64,000 nucleotides of DNA, taken from NCBI GenBank assembly GCA_964016885.1, contig OZ024759.1, positions 23,250,001 through 23,314,000 of the forward strand. The letters are read 5' to 3'. The notes beneath the pieces were generated by a model. The model was not told the origin of the DNA, did no database searches, and worked only from the letters and a program-made list of their open reading frames with translations. Numbering within the stretch: the first letter of the stretch is position 1; each line of letters begins with the position of its first letter. The position numbers and the translations under genes were made by a program. Positions 13,236 to 27,000 of this stretch are shown here, piece by piece. The stretch comes from Eledone cirrhosa (Eukaryota).

Positions 13236-16200
13236 GTTATATATATATATTATATATATATATTATATATATTTAAATTATATATATATATTATATATAT
13301 ATATCATCATCATCATCACCGTTTTACGTCCGTTCTTCCACGCTAGCATGGGTTAGACGGGTTGTCCTGTTGTGGGCAGTGTCTGGTCGGCTGACCATGC
13401 CTTGCTCATACAGGAACTGATCTGGCTTGATTTCTACAGCTGGATGCCCTTCCTAACACCAACCTCATTTACAGTGAGTGCTGGGTGCTTTTTCGTGGCG
13501 CCTACACGTCCACTTTACAGTGTGGGCTGGGTGCTTTTTTTGCCGTGGCACCTCCACGACCACCTTGCGGTGGGGGGGGGGCATATTGTTTATATGCTTC
13601 AGCATGTACCCATGGGAGGTCGGGTACCCTGTATTACTGCGTGACGCCAGAAGTCACGGTCGTGTGTCATTGACTTTGAGAGGTGTAGTTGGGTAAGGTC
13701 GGCTTTTATCACCTCATCCCAAGTCATCTTGGGTCTCCCCACTCCGCGGTTTCCATCAACTTCTAGTGCTCTGCACCTTTTTATGCAGCTGTCATCCTTC
13801 ATACGCATCACATGTCCATACCAGCGTAACCGCCTCTCCTGCACGCAGCATTTGATTCCTCTTATGCTCAGTCTCTCTCTCAATTCCTTTATGCTTTGTC
13901 GTTCACGTATATTACTGTTACACATCCATCGGAGCATGCAGGCTTCGTTTCTCTCTAATCTACGTAAGTCTTCCACCTTCAGCGCCCAGGTCTCACTACC
14001 ATGCAACATCGCTGTTCGGATACACGCATCATACAGTCTGCCTTTCATTCTGAGGGAGAAGTCTTTTGCAGCTAGCAGTGGTAGTAGTTCCCTAAACTTC
14101 TTCCATCCCGTTCTTACCCTAGTTATTGTACTTTCTGAGCACCCACCTCCGTTGCTAATTCGGTCACCTAGGTAGCAGAAGCTGTCTACTGTTTCTACAG
14201 GGCCCTCCCAGAGATTGGTGGTACTTGTTTCCTGTGGCTGTTTGCTTGCTGTTTCAGCACAGCTGCTGCATGTGAATCCTACATTCTTAATTAAGCTTCC
14301 TGAGATCCCGCTACATCTCTTGTGTACCCATTGTTTGCATTTGGGGCAGAGAATGGAGTTCCTACCTACACCTTTCCTACATACTGAGCAAGGCCATTTC
14401 CCTGAGGGGATCTGGGTTCTGTTTTCTCGTCTACTTATAAGGACCTTAGTCTTTGTCATGTTGACTTTGAGGCCCTTTCTCTCTAGTCCCTGCTTCCAGG
14501 TTTGGAATTTATTCTCTAGTTCTACCATAGATTCAGCTATGAGTGCGAGGTCATCAGCATACAGGAGTTCCCATGGGCATCCGGTCTTAAACTCCTCCGT
14601 TATTGCCTGCAGGACTATGATGAACAGGAGAGGGCTAAGAACAGAGCCCTGGTGGACCCCAACCTGTACGCTAAATTCCTCGCTATACTCATTGCCAATC
14701 CTAACTTTGCTGACTGCTCCCCTATACATGGCTTGTACCGCTTTCACAAGCCATTCATCTACTCCTAGTTTTCTAAGAGCCCACCAGATTACTGCACGTG
14801 GAACTCTGTCAAAGGCTTTCTCAAGGTGGACAAATGCCAAGTATATATATATATATTATATATATATTATATATATATATGGAAAAAATGAAACAAAATT
14901 TCATTTCCCACTCTTAGTACGGCTGTTACTTAAATATAAGTATGTATACGTACATACATATATGTAAACAGACGTACAGTAGTATGTATATATACATACA
15001 TGCACACATATATATATGTACGAATGGATTCTTCGAACATTTATTATAATGCTCGGTGTGTTTGTAAACAAACATCCCGTATTATATATATATATATATT
15101 ATATATATATATATATATTTATATACATATATATATATTATATATATATACTTATATATATTTACTCCTGAACTTGTTGAGTGCTCTAAATCTTCATTAC
15201 TGTTTTACATCCATTCTTCCATGCTAGCATGGGTTAGACGGGTTGTCCTGTTGTGGTCAGTGTCCGGTCAGCTGACCTTATCTTGCTCATATGGGAACTG
15301 ATTCCGGCTTGATTTCTACAGCGGGATGCCCTTCCTAACACCAACCTCATTTACTGTGAGTGCTGGGTGCTTTCTTCCCGTGGCACCTACACGTCCACTT
15401 TACTGTGTGGGCTGGGTGCTCTTTTGCCGCGGCACCTCCACGACCACTTTGCAGCAGGAGGGGTGGGGGCATATTGTCTATATGCTTCAGCTTCGGCTTG
15501 TACCCATGGGAATCGGGTCTTCTGTATTACTGCGTGACGCCAGAGGTCGCAGTCGTGTGTCATCACCTTTGAGAGGTGCAATTGGGTATGGTCGGCTTTT
15601 ATCACCTCATTCCAGGTCTTCTTGGGTCTCCCCACTCCGCAGCTTTCCTCGACTTCTAGTGCTTTGCACCTTCTTATGCAGCTGTCATCCTTCATACGCA
15701 TCACTTGTCCATACCAACGCAACCACCTCTCCTGTACACAGCAGTTGATTCCTCTTATGCTTAGTCTCTCTCAAATCGTTTATGCTTTGCTGTTCGCGTA
15801 TATTACTATCACACATCCATCGGAGCATGCATGCATGCTTTGTTTCTTTCTAATCTACCCAAGTCTTCTACAGACAGCACCCAGGTTTCATTACATGGCT
15901 GTTCGTATACATGCTTCATACAGTCTGCCTTTCATTTTGAGGGAAACGCCTTTATATATATATACGTATATATATATATATATTATATATATTATGTTAT
16001 ATTATATGTATATATTATATAGTGTAAATTTTACTTACTGTAGTTACAGGTAGAAGTACATTACTCTTTGCAGATATTGATTCTCCACAGCGTACTGAAT
16101 ATTTTGCCTTGATAGCACAGGAAACCTGTGAAGTTAAAGGTAAGGAACATGAAAAATACGGTCAAAATGTGAGATAATTCTGGTTGTATATGGCTAGACA

Positions 16201-19200
16201 TGGCCAGTTTAAAAGCTAAAGGGTTAATAATGGTATATAATAATTTTTATGTAGGGGGGTTCCCTGAGACATGAAAACTATTCTAAGGGTTCCACGAGGG
16301 TAAAGGGTTGAGAAACACTAGGTTAGCGAGTTTGATTTGTGATCTTGAGGTCGTGAGTTCAATTCCTGGACCAGGCGATGTGTTATGAATTTGATATATA
16401 ACAAGCTTTTGTTAAGTTATGTTAGAAATACTGTCTTAATAATTTGATCTAACTCAGAATGCTAAGAATGAGAATAAATTCCACAATGTCATCATTTTAT
16501 CTGATGCTCTACCAGAATGCATCAGAAATATCAGTGAAGGCATGTGGCCTAGTGGTTAGGGAACTGAATTCACAATCATGAATTTGTGAGTTCATTTCCC
16601 TGACTAGGCGATATGTGTTATGTCCTTGACTTGAGTAAGACACTTTATTTCACATTTCTCTCTCTGCCAGGAGTTGCAACTGATAGATAGATAGTATCTC
16701 CAATGGAGAGACCAATGGAGACATTGTTTTCTTGAACCAATATGATGAATTCCACCCCCACACGGTAAGCAAATGAGATCTGGGATCTTGTCAATGATTC
16801 AGATCTATTTTCCTTCCATCCATTAATAATTTGTATATTGAGCCTGTATTTGGTGTCTAATTAAATAAAACGTTTTCACATAAGAATTATAATGAAATGT
16901 TTATAATTTAAATATGAATATTTTGAAAGATGATTTTTTTTGTACTTTTGAATCAGGTGTAGGTTTAGGTCTAGGATCTTGTCGATTTTTTTGTTTGTTT
17001 TTATTTTTATTAAAAATATATCCAGGATTGTTTTAGGGGATATTTTTCAGACTTACCCCTTCATCGGCAGCCACCTCGGGTCTAACAATCTGAGTTGATC
17101 TCAAAAGAGCCACATTTGTTCCAGGTGACACATTAACCTCCCTCACAACTGTAGAACCAGTGTACCAGACACCTGTGTAGCTGATCACCTCACCATTAAG
17201 TGAATTTTCAAGCAAAGTGAAGGTACACTCGTATATAACAGCTTTCATGTTCACATCAATTGTGTAAGCTAGAGTTGGAGCTGATGTTGGAACTAACACT
17301 AAAAAAATAAAAATGAAACAAATAAGAAACGAAAATGTACACAGAAAATAGAAAAAATTAAAAAGGAGATTGATTTATGATATATTGTATGTGTGTATAT
17401 GGTCAAGTCGTCGGCGATTAAACCAGCAACCCGACTAAGCTTGCTTGGTGAAGAGGGTGATTTTGGACACCCTGCAGGGTGAAAAACAAAACCTGTTAAA
17501 GGACGGAGGAACTCATGAGAGTCAACGGCCATCCAATAAAGCTTTTTTTGTGTGTGCAGCGAGAGACCCCTAGTCTTCATTAAAACATCTCTCAAGGTCA
17601 CTTTGATATAAAACCTGCAACTTTGTTTTCATCCAAAGGTGTAGACCAGTTCTTCTTTTTGGGCAAATACATTTGATGTTCAGAGAGTGGGATTGGCCTC
17701 ATGCAAAGCCTCTCCTCACTTAAAAAAGCTTTAAGTACAGGCATCACTTGATATGTGACAATTTTTGTATTGCTAACCTATGCTAGCATGGAAGACATTT
17801 TTTCCAATTCCAACCCTCAATCTATCTTATTTCTCATTCTTTTTTCTGATGAAGGACTAGCGTCCGAAACGTTAAGACCCTCTTCCTGCTATATCAAGCG
17901 TTAACCTAGTATATCCCTTCCATATACTGTACCGATTGTGTTGTTATTTCTGTTTACCTCTTACATACATGCATATATATATATATATATATATATTAGA
18001 AAGTGAGTTTTATTTTTACAAAATGAAAAATAACCGAGGTGTCCTACACGAGTGAAAGTATAAGGAAAAAAAATGAAATCGAAAATGCAGCTGGAGTCTT
18101 TTTTTTTTTAAATATATATATTTATTTGGTTCCTTTACCGGTTTCGCAGTTCTTCTGCTTTTCAAAAGTAGAGTTGAGATGGAGGGTCTCAGGTTGTTTT
18201 TTCATATATGAGTGAAGTTTGCTAACCATACTCCCACACACACATACGACACACATAACACCCATGCACACACACACATACACACAACTCCCTCCCCCAT
18301 TTCTACTAATCATCTTCCTACACACACAAATAAACATACATATCTCTACTTTCTTTATTTCAATAGAAAGTCTGAAAACCCCAGCGAACCAGCCATATTC
18401 ACTGAACCAGAACAATTCTCCCCCATCCCATTTCTCTTGACCATTATCTTTTGTTTGCCAGAAAATTCTCTAAAAGACTACAAAATAAATTCCCAAATAC
18501 GGGTGCGAAAATTAATGAACTTGTTCACGTGACAGTCATAATTTCATTTATAACCAATCAAATTACATTTAAAAAAAGAGCCTTCGTGAGCCACTTTAAG
18601 TAAAAAGAAATTCAAACACAAACTGGCACGAAAGCTGATGTGCTTATTCACGTGACTGCATCAACCAACCAAACTTCATTCATATATGAAAAACAACTAC
18701 TACTACTATTACCACCACTACTATCACCACCACAACCACCACTACTACTACTACTACTACTGAGGGTAAAGTGTGTGTGTATGTGTTGGTGTGAGTGTGT
18801 GGATGTAAGTATGTGTGTCCGAAAAGAAGTGTGTGTGAACATGTGTTAAATAGTCTGTACAGACACAAGAGTGGTATGTATATGGGTGTTGTGGGCTAGT
18901 GTATTGGTGTGTGTTGTTATATGTGTGTGTGGGAATGGTATACATGCCTGTGCATGTGTATGTTCCTCTATAGGTGTTGTCTGCCAGTCATAACTTTCGG
19001 CAGAAGGAGGTGGGAATGGAACCCATCTGCCAGTCTACTGTCCCTGAACTAGTGCTAATTGATTTATTGAATCTGAAAGGATGTTCTGCTAGAGAACAGG
19101 ATACAGGTGGTGTATAGTTACGATCGATATGGCCACTAGATATGATAGTTGGTTGTAACATAAGTGGGTACCTGCTGGATGAATAAGCAACCCATGAACC

Positions 19201-21032
19201 AACAGCGATAAACTACTTGGAGAGATGGAGTGGAGCAATGGGTGACACCTGTAGCTCCCAAGAAAACTTTAACAACCTAGGGATGTAGCAATGACGAGGT
19301 GAGTAAAGACCACCTTTAAAAAACTGCAATATGGTGAGAGGTAGCAAAAGAGCCCAAAAGGATGAAAGGCAAAGTTGACTCTGGTGGGATTTGAACTCAG
19401 ATCAGGGTGAGCCGGATCAAATACTGAGGCAGTTAATGTACTAATGACTGACTATTTGCCAACTGATACTAGTACAAGAGGTCAAAGCATTTTATCACCC
19501 CTTGGTGGAATTCCAACTGGGAACCGGCAGTGCCTGTGTTTTTTATGACTATGTGGACTGGATTAACCATTGCTCATGGAAGAAGCAGTATTTAAGTCAC
19601 TGACTTCTTAGTTTTTCATCCAGTAACTTAGTGCTTAGGTAATTTTTGTTAAGTATGGTGACAATTCTTGACATGTTTCAATCTTATTAGGCCTCTCCGG
19701 TGAATCACTGTTTTACCTATAACTACCAGATCCCGAGTGAAAAACATTAATTCATTTAAACAAATTAAAATAGTAACTAAGTACGAACATTCGCAACTAT
19801 TTGTTGTTTCAGGCTGTTTCGATTTTGTTGTCTGTGTTGATAATGTTGCTTCTGTTGATAATGTTGTCTTTGTTGGTAATGTTGCATCTGTTGGTAATGT
19901 TGCCTTTGTTGATAATGTTGTCTTTGTTGGTAATGTTGCATCTGTTGGTAATGTTGCCTTTGTTGATAATGTTGTCTTTGTTGGTAATGTTGCATCTGTT
20001 GGTAATGTTGCCTTTGTTGATAATGTTGTCTTTGTTGGTAATGTTGCATCTGTTGGTAATGTTGTCTTTGTTGGTAATGTTGCATCTGTTGGTAATGTTG
20101 CCTTTGTTGGTAATGTTGTCTTTGTTGGTAATGTTGCATCTGTTGGTAATGTTGCCTTTGTTGGTAATGTTGCATCTGTTGGTAATGTTGCATCTGTTGG
20201 TAATGTTGTCTTTGTTGGTAATGTTGTCTTTGTTGGTAATGTTGCATCTGTTGGTAATGTTGCATCTGTTGGTAATGTTGTCTTTGTTGGTAATGTTGCA
20301 TCTGTTGGTAATGTTGTCTTTGTTGGTAATGTTGCATCTGTTGGTAATGTTGCCTTTGTTGGTAATGTTGTCTTTGTTGGTAATGTTGCATCTGTTGGTA
20401 ATGTTGCCTTTGTTGGTAATGTTGTCTTTGTTGGTAATGTTGCATCTGTTGGTAATGTTGTCTTTGTTGGTAATGTTGCATCTGTTGGTAATGTTGTCTT
20501 TGTTGGTAATGTTGCATCTGTTGGTAATGTTGTCTTTGTTGGTAATGTTGCATCTGTTGGTAATGTTGTCTTTGTTGGTAATGTTGCATCTGTTGGTAAT
20601 GTTGTCTTTGTTGGTAATGTTGCCTTTGTTGGTAATGTTGTCTTTGTTGGTAATGTTGCCTTTGTTGGTAATGTTGTCTTTGTTGGTAATGTTGCATCTG
20701 TTGGTAATGTTGTCTTTGTTGGTAATGTTGCCTGTGTTGTCATTTCTGTTCCCTGAGTTGTTTCTGTTGTTTCTTCAGGTGTTACTGTTGTGGATATGTC
20801 AGTTTTGTTATCTGAAATTCACCAAGAACAATTTGATATTTAAAGATTTATAATAGCAGTTATTAAGTTACATTTTACTTACATCAACTGTATGCTGTTA
20901 AGAGTTAAATAAAGGCTCCCATAGTGTTCATAATCATGCTATATGCATGTGTATATATATAGGTATGTGCATATGTGTATCATCATCATCATCATCAATG
21001 TATAATGTTCATCTTCCACGCTAGCATGGGTA

Positions 21033-21066
<34 letters not shown>

Positions 21067-24000
21067 TACTCACACACAGACACATTATATATATATATAT
21101 ACATGAAAGGCAGATTGTATGATGCCTGTATACGAACAGCAATGTTACATGGCAGTGAGACATGGGCATTACGTGCAGAGGACCTGCGTAGACTGGAGAG
21201 GAACGAAGCATGCATGCTCCGTTGGATGTGTAACAGTAATATACATGAACGGCAAAGCATAAATGAACTAAGGGAGAAATTAGGTATAAGAGGGATCAGA
21301 TGCTGTTTACTCAAGAGAAGACTACATTGGTATGGTCACGTGATGCGCATGAAAGATAACAGCTGTATAGAAAAGTGCAGGGCGATCAAAATTGATGGTA
21401 GTTTCGGAGTAGGTAGACCCAGAAAAACCTAGGACGATCTGATAAATTCCGACCTTACATACTTGCACTTCTCTAAGACAATGTCACTGGACCGAGATCT
21501 TTGGCGCTATGCAGTAATACACAAGACCTGTCTTGCCTATGTACAAAGCGAAACCTACAGTCAGTAGGCACCTCTTAACCAAATATACACCCCAATCCAC
21601 TACCCCTACCCTATCCTCCCACTCCCACCAACTCTCTCTGTAAAGTTGGTACCACAACATCCAGTCCAAATAAATGAGATAAATGAGATCGAGATCGAGA
21701 TCGTGTAGGTGTCACGAGAAAAAAACACACAGTCCATGCTGTAATGTGGCCGTGTAGGTACCATGGTAAAAAGTTCCCAGTTCCACACTGTAAATGTGGT
21801 TGGTGTTAGGAAGGGCATCCAGCCGTAGAAAACCTGCCAGACAGTCCTATATGAGCGAGACACGGTCACCCGACCAACCTTGCCTCAAGTGGGACAACTC
21901 CTGTCTAACCCATGCTAGCGTGGAAGATGGACGTTAAACGAAGATGATAATGATGACGATGATAGGTATATATATATTATATATATATATAAAGGTAGAG
22001 GTGATGCACTTGATAGAGGAATCTATAGAGGTATAAAGTTGATGGACCAGGTCATGAAAGTAACAGAAAGAGTTCTAGCACAGTTGATTAGGGACTGGGT
22101 GAAACTAGATGAGATGCAATTTGGGTTTGTGCCAGGAAGAGGCATCACTGATGCTTGCTTCCTTGTGAGGCAGTTACAGGAAAAGTACCTAGTTAAAAGT
22201 AAGCCGCTCTACCTGGCCTTTGTCGATCTCAAGAAAGCCTTTGACAGAGTTCCCCATGCTATAATCTGGTGGGCTCTTAGAAAACTAGGAGTAGATGAAT
22301 GGCTTGTGAAAGCTGTACAAGCCATATATAGGGGAGCAGTCAACAAAGTTAGGATTAGCAATGACTATAGCGAGGAATTTAGCATACAGGTTCACCAGAG
22401 CTCTGTTCTTAGCCCTCTCCTGCTCATCATAGTTCTGCAGGCAATAACGGAGGAGTTTAAGACTGAATGCCCATGGGAACTCCTGTATGCAGATGACCTC
22501 GCACTTATAGCTGAATCTATGGTAGAACTGGAGAAGAAATTCCAAACTTAGAAGCAGGGACTAGAGAGAAAGGGTCTCAGGGTCAACATCACAAAGACTA
22601 AGGTCCTTGTAAGTAGACGAGAAAACAGAACCCAGATCCCCTCACGGAAAGTTGTAGGTAGGAACTCCATTCTCTGCCCCAAATGCAAACAATGGGTACA
22701 CAAGAGATGTAGTGGGATCTCAGGAAAGAGTCACTGGTCAGATTTTATGAGCAAAACCAACTGGTAGAAGTACCCAGGGGTAGACTCCCGAGCAAGATGA
22801 CTGGATAACATCCATGAGCTTGGCTGGTCTTGCTTGGGGATCCAGCCTGATCAGTTGGAGACAGTTGCTTCTGATAGGACCCATTGGAAGATGTGTTTGA
22901 GGACTCTGCCCCCATGACCCTCTCAGGAATAAGTAGGAAATGAAGAAGAAGAAGAAGAAAAAGGAGAAGAAAAAAAAAAAGGAGGAGGAGGAAGAATAGA
23001 TAATTAAATATACAATCAAACACACAATAGAACTTACCAAATTGTTTTGGAACTTGCATGGCAATTTCCCGAGTTGCAAACGTCATTTTCCACTCAGCAA
23101 TGATGATTTCAGAAAACTCTGACTGCGTTGATGATGTACCGAAAAAGAATGTCGGAGGAAACTTATCGGAAATAGGTTGTTTCTTTTGAAGATAATTCAA
23201 ACTTTCAGACACCAGTTCCTCATTTAAATACAGTTTCAAACCTGTATGGAAACTCCAACTGAATTCAATCTTCATGTATACGTTTAGCTTCCATTTTCCA
23301 GTATACACTGTCCATTGGTGAGATTCTGTACTAAGGGTGAGGAAGAACTGATTCCGTTCATAATACATAGCAATTCCTGTTGCTCCTGCATTCTCTCCAC
23401 CATTAGAGAATATAAACATATTTTCTTTTACACTCTTTACAATAATTCCAAAGGAAATGCTCAACTGGAATAAAAATGGAATCAAAATGTAAATTGTTAA
23501 TTTAAGAATTATGCATAAATATCCAATTAATTTTGTGAAAGAAAATGATATTAAAATAATGGACTTTACATACCAAATGACCCACAGGAGGATCTTAGGT
23601 ATCAAACGACCCATGAGTGGCACCTTAGATACCAAATGACCCATGTGTGGGACCTTAGGTGTTAAATGACCCACAGAGGGATCTTAAGTACCAAACCACA
23701 AGTAGGTCAGTCCTTAGATACCAAATGAACCACATGTAGGACCTCAGGTACTAAATAACCTACAAGGGGATCTTAAGTACCAAACGACATGTAGGTCAGT
23801 CCTTAGATACCAAATGAACCACATGTGTGACCTTAGATACTAAATAACCGACAGAGGAATCTTAAGTACCAAGCGACATGTAGGTCAGTCCTTAGATACC
23901 AAATGAACCACATGTGTGACCTTAGATACTAAATAACCGACAGAGGAATCTTAAGTACCAAGCGACATGTAGGTCAGTCCTTAGATACCAAATGAACCAC

Positions 24001-27000
24001 ATGTGTGACCTTAGATACTAAATAACCGACAGAGGAATCTTAAGTACCAAGCGACATGTAGGTCAGTCCTTAGATACCAAATGAACCACATGTGTGACCT
24101 TAGATACTAAATAACCGACAGAGGAATCTTAAGTACCAAGCGACATGTAGGTCAGTCCTTAGATACCAAATGAACCACATGTGTGACCTTAGATACTAAA
24201 TAACCGACAGAGGAATCTTAAGTACCAAGTGACATCTAGGTCAGTCCTTAGATACCAAATGAACCACATGTGGGACCTCAGGTACTAAATAACCCACTAA
24301 ACTTTGATAATTGGATGAGAACTGGTGTTTTCAGCATGATATGGTTATATTATATATTATAGGATATGTGAAGTAGTAAACATTAATTGCTGTTTAAACC
24401 GATGTGAAGTGTTAGTTCTACCGATGGTCTTTGTGGCCGAGTGGTGTAATCTACAGGAATGAGAACCAAGATCCTCTGCTGGAGTAGAATAAAAAACAGC
24501 AGGAGGACACCTAGGAGCCATGATCAAGGTGGGCTCAGCGCCATTATAGTGTTAGGAGAAACCAAAGGCTATAACACTTGTAAAAGAAATTTATATTAAA
24601 AAAATAGACTTTTGATACCAAATGGCCCACAGGAAGATCTTAGCTACCAAATGACTCATGAGTGGGAACTTAGATACCAAACAAGCCACATGTGGGACCT
24701 AAGGTACCAAATGTGTTGCGTTAGTTCTACTAATGCTCTTTGTGGTAGCCAAGTGGTATAAAGCACAGGAATGGAAACCACGATCCCCTGCTGGAGGAGA
24801 ATAAAAAATAGCAGAAGGATACCTAAAAGTCACAAACTACGTGGGCCCGGTTCCCTTAGAGTGTTAGGAGGAACCAAGGGCCAAATCATTTGCTTGATGT
24901 GAGTTCTTTCTTCTTCTGAAGATCTTCCTGTTGTCCACTCACACCCATTACGTGTTTCCACCTACTACTACTACTACTACTATCATCATCATCATTTTAC
25001 GTCTGCTTTTCCCTGCTTGCAAGGGTGGGATGGGAACTGATTCTGGCTTGATTTCTACAGCTGGATGCCCTTCCTAACACCAACCTCATTTACAGTGAGT
25101 GGTGGGTGTTTTTTTGCCGTGACACCTCCACGACCACTTTGCAGTGGAATGATAGGGACCCCAGTCCCTATCATCTCATTTCTACAGCTGAGTAAACTGG
25201 AGCAATGTGAAATAAAGCGTCTTGCTCAAGGAAACAACACATCACCTGGTCTGAGAATTGAACTCACAACCTTTCGATCGCAAGGCCAATGCTCTAACCA
25301 CTAAGCCATGTGCCTCCACTATATTATAAATCAAGTTATGTTCTTACTCCAAGGCGACAATCCTGTGGGTTGCGGAGACAGGTGCTCTGTAGTGAATCTG
25401 CTTGAATAAACTGATCCTTTCCTTGCAGGGTCACACCAAGGATGCCAGTAGTTAGGCGAACAAGTGTTACATCACCAACGACCTTGAATTTCAGGGTTTT
25501 GGTCACCAAATCTTTCTTTACAATCTTCTGGAAGCTACAGTCGGATCTCTCAACAATTACATCTGAAAAAGGAAAAAAAAAACAAAAAAAAAAAACAGGT
25601 GAAAAATTGTTGTTTTGTGGAGTTTATATCTATATTTGTATGTAATGAGTTAATAATAATTGTTTCTACTTTTGGCACAAAGCCAGCAATTACTCCAGTA
25701 CATTACTGGTACTTTATTTTTATTTTATCGACCCCGTAAGGATGAATGGCAAAGTTAACCTCGGTGGGATTTGAACTCAGAATGGCAAGGGCCGGAACTC
25801 TACACGTCAAAGCATGGCATCCGACCCTCTACGGATACTGCCAATTCACTGCCTGAGTTAATAATAGTAATGAAAAGTATTGTGTACAGTGCTCAGGTGC
25901 ACTACAACTCATCAAAGGTGCATGTATAGTATATAGAATAACGTACAAATGTCAGGAAAGTGAACAGCGTACGAGTCAGGATATACATGTCTGCGTGTGT
26001 ATGGAGGGGGGATTTCAAGTGTAGTGTTGGAAGCATGGAGGTTTTAAAGGATGCAGTGTCCCAACAGCTAACAAATGATGCAGGTAGTTTGTTCCATGCT
26101 TCAGCAACTCTGAGCATGAAAAAAATGTCTCCGAAAGTAATATGTATGTATGATTGTGTGTGTGTGTGTATGTGTGTATTATAATGTGTGTGTGTGTGTG
26201 TGTGTATTATAATGTGTGTGTGTGTGTGTGTGTATTATCATGTGTTTGAGTATGATTGGTTGTGCATATTATTGAGTATGTGTGTATGATTTTGTGTGTA
26301 TTTGTGTATATATATGTATGATTGTGTGTGTATGTATTATTGGGTGTGTATTATGTGTGTGTGTGTATTATCGGGTGTGTATTATGTGTGTGTGTGTGCG
26401 TGTGTAAGAGTATGATTGTGTGTGCATGTGTGCATATTACTGTGTGTATGATATTGTGTGTATTTGTGTATATATGTATGATTGTGTGTGTGTGTTGAGT
26501 GTGTGTGTGTGAATTATCATGTGTGTGCGTGTGTGTGTGTGTGAATATAATTGTGTGTGTATGATTTTGTGTGTATTTGTGTATATATGTATGATTGTGC
26601 ATGTTTGTGTGTGTGGTTCTGTGTATGTGTAAATGTATGAGTGTATGTTCGTTGTGTGTATGTATGCCTTTGAGTGTGTATTTTTGTAAGTGTGTCTGTG
26701 TTAGCACCTCTATATTTATATACTCATAACTATAAACATATGCATATGTACATACATACACACATATACACATATACACATATACATCAGCGTGTTGAAA
26801 AACATCTTAGTCTTAGAAAAACCAGAAAAATTATAAAAAATAATTGTTTCTACTTTTGACACAAGGCCAGCAAATACCCAGTACATTACTGGTACTTTAT
26901 TTTATCGACCCCGTAAGGATGAAAGGCAAAGTTAACCTCGGCGGGATTTGGACTCAGAATGGAAAGGGCCGTAACTCTATGCGTCAAAGCATGGCTTCCG

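Noticed and set aside
13729-14967. Plus-strand ORFs of 148 and 250 aa (similarly 63248-63724, 8096-8731, 61827-62309)
   Set aside because: Mostly antisense shadows of LINE coding sequence.
19737-20853. Alternative long ORFs over the 18-bp repeat (GNVAFV-, QQRQHY- and LLVML-repeat proteins)
   Set aside because: They are by-products of a stop-free repeat. Only the Thr-rich minus frame matches the splice phases of the neighbouring exons.
22745-23674. 309-aa ORF as a stand-alone gene
   Set aside because: Only 23038-23464 is exon. The rest is read-through into minisatellite, low-complexity and LINE sequence.
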